DNA from: Yuukianura sp. NJ FZ-2021
Taxonomy: Eukaryota
Direction: 5' to 3'
Assembly: GCA_046563655.1 (NCBI GenBank)
Contig: CM102290.1
Coordinates: forward strand, 13,206,001-13,270,000
Length of the DNA stretch: 64,000 nt
Shown here: positions 61,890 to 64,000 of the stretch, in pieces
Numbering within the stretch: position 1 is the first letter of the stretch
How the letters are laid out: every line of letters starts with the position of its first letter
Notes under the pieces: generated by a model
What the model saw: the letters and a program-made list of their open reading frames with translations, nothing else
Databases searched by the model: none
What the model was told of the DNA's origin: nothing
Program-made: the position numbers and the translations under genes

Positions 61890-63726
61890 TATGCAAAATC
61901 AACGCCGATTTATAATGAGAGCAAGCGATACAGTGTACTTTGTCGTAGATGATGCAAAAAAATGTCGTCAATCCGGATACAGACTGAACCTGGGACGCAT
62001 GGATACAAACACCACCTGAAATTAAGAAAATACTTAATTGAAAAAAAGCAGCATAATGATGTACAACAATAATTTGTGAAACTGATTAGTGATTATCGAG
62101 CATGATAGATATTGATGTAATTATCATCTGTACAGTTACTTACTTTTCTAATGATAACACTAAACTCTTTTCTCAGAAAAACAATAAATGATGAATAGTA
62201 GACTTAACCTTACTTACTAATTTTAATTACGAAGTTAAAAGAATCAATTGTTTCGATTTAACTTTGAATTGAAATTCCAGTTTGAAATTTACACTGTGGA
62301 AGTGGCAAATTCCAAATTCGGTTAGACTCAAGGCCTCGTGACACAGGGAATGTTCACCACATGCCATTTAGTTTACGAGGATTTAAATAACACTTAAAAT
62401 TAACTGCTGGTTTTAAGTTATTACAACTTTTAAATGAAATTTTATTTAGTTGCGTCAACCAATCTATTAAGATGCGCAGTTAGCTTGCTAAACCACTTAA
62501 AGACCAAATTAACGAGCTACCCATACATAATGTTGCGGGCGTTACGGAATAAGTGTGAAGAGCAGCAGAGTGGTCAGTTACGCTAATCCGGAAATGCATC
62601 CATTGTAACCACGCAAAACGTACCCACCGACGCCATAGTGGTTACAGTAAGCGGTTCGTTAGAAAGAGATGGCTACTTTATTTAAAAAAAAGCTGGTCTA
62701 ACACTTTTATTTCAACTACAGCATTAGCCAATTGGAGATTACAAAAAATGGCGTAGGTGGTTACACAACGTGGTAACGAATTCTGGCTTACTCCAACCGA
62801 AAGATGAACTAAAAAATGACACATCTTCAAAACCACACAACACAACACACCTCCTTCCTCCCCACACGCTGATAATCAATTTGCAGTTTGTTTATATTGC
62901 TTCAGCTGGTAAATCCCTATCTCTGGCCGTAAGAACTAAACAGGAAAGTTTGATTTTTTATTAATTAATTCACCTACCTGTCTTACGTATCATCTTATTC
63001 ATCCATCGTCTAGTACTTTACTTACTCTTCAACCTCCTCAAGGTCTTTCCTGAATGGAGGATGTATTATTCATCATCACTGCTCAGAGATGCTTATCGGT
63101 GTTACACTAACGTCTACAACGTTCTGACTCACATTTTCGGTTCAAACAGTCTTCTGGTGTTCTAAACATATCATCAGGACAAATCAGGAAGACCTTCTTT
63201 TTCCTGGAAAGACAGAGGAACGTTTTCCGAAAAGTAAGACTAATAAGTATTAAAAATTGTATAATATATAATGTAGTACTTATAATATACAATATATATT
63301 TGTTACGTATTGTGTGGTTGAGGCCATTGGAGGGCCCACGAAGGGTTTTTCATATCTCGGTGTTAGTGGAGGAAGCTATCGTACTAGGACGGGAACGATA
63401 TAGCCAAGATTAAGACGTAAACGTGTCAAATTTAAGTCACTGTATACTTTCAATTTCAAAAGTATTGTATTACAATACATAAACCTACAGTAGTAACCTA
63501 ACTGATGGATACTTCGGCTATAAAATTACTTTGGGTCTCTCACTAAGCCCCACGTATTTATCGTTATGTAGTAGGTAAATACGGTTCGTAAGCATAACGT
63601 TAGGGTTAAAAATGTTGCATACGTTGATGTAGTTGCGATGGTTTAGAGCGAGAACGCACTATTCGGCACAACTCGTTGTAAGTTATTTCATACTAATGTT
63701 TGTCAATTTAATTTGAAACCCGTAGG

Positions 63727-64000
63727 ATGAGTTCCAGTAGAAATCAAACGTTTAGCATTGACGATGCTTTTGAAGAGGAGAATACGGATGCAATTCGAAT
63801 CTATGGAGCAACTACTACTACTGCCCGATCCCCACTAAACATGTACACAAGAAGCGGCTACAATACTTCCTCCATCAAGACGCCCAGTCCTGGTGGTGAC
63901 GCTGTCATCCCTGATGACGTTCAAGTGTACATTCAAGACCCTTCGAACTCCCAGAACATCAGACCTATCCTTAATGGTTTGAAGCGAGGAAAAATGGAGA
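63727..64000 (+). CDS. TMEM134: Transmembrane protein 134-like, 5' partial (runs off the window)
   Basis: Open frame MSSSRNQTFSIDDAFEEENTDAIRIYG...; FSIDDAFE is the N-terminal TMEM134 motif as I recall it. Preceded by an AG acceptor. Confidence 0.65.
   Translation, partial: MSSSRNQTFSIDDAFEEENTDAIRIYGATTTTARSPLNMYTRSGYNTSSIKTPSPGGDAVIPDDVQVYIQDPSNSQNIRPILNGLKRGKME

Overview
AT-rich, intron-containing eukaryotic DNA. The short GT-AG introns, astakine and Mmp2-type genes suggest an arthropod; I cannot assign the species. Reading splice junctions by eye gives 11 protein-coding genes, in order: astakine-like cytokine (-), an uncharacterised Ser/Pro-rich protein (-), a GPI-type Mmp2-like metalloproteinase (+), BSDC1 (+), a tetraspanin with a GC-AG intron (+), NIPP1/PPP1R8 (-), an orphan ~950-aa protein (-), two divergently transcribed Piwi/Aub-clade PIWI genes (- and +), 14-3-3 epsilon (+) and PAGR1 (-), plus the 5' part of TMEM134 (+). 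Introns and intergenic DNA carry at least six families of short non-autonomous transposons (MITEs and Helentron-like repeats). The most interesting region is 32.4-50.7 kb. One PIWI keeps the DEDH slicer tetrad, while its head-to-head paralogue has Asn at the glutamate-finger position. Directly downstream of that variant lies the orphan gene, which has an N-terminal cluster of SUMO-interacting motifs and a duplicated ~230-aa domain I do not recognise. A functional link among these three genes is a hypothesis, not something the sequence shows. Coordinates were counted by eye and may be off by a few bases.
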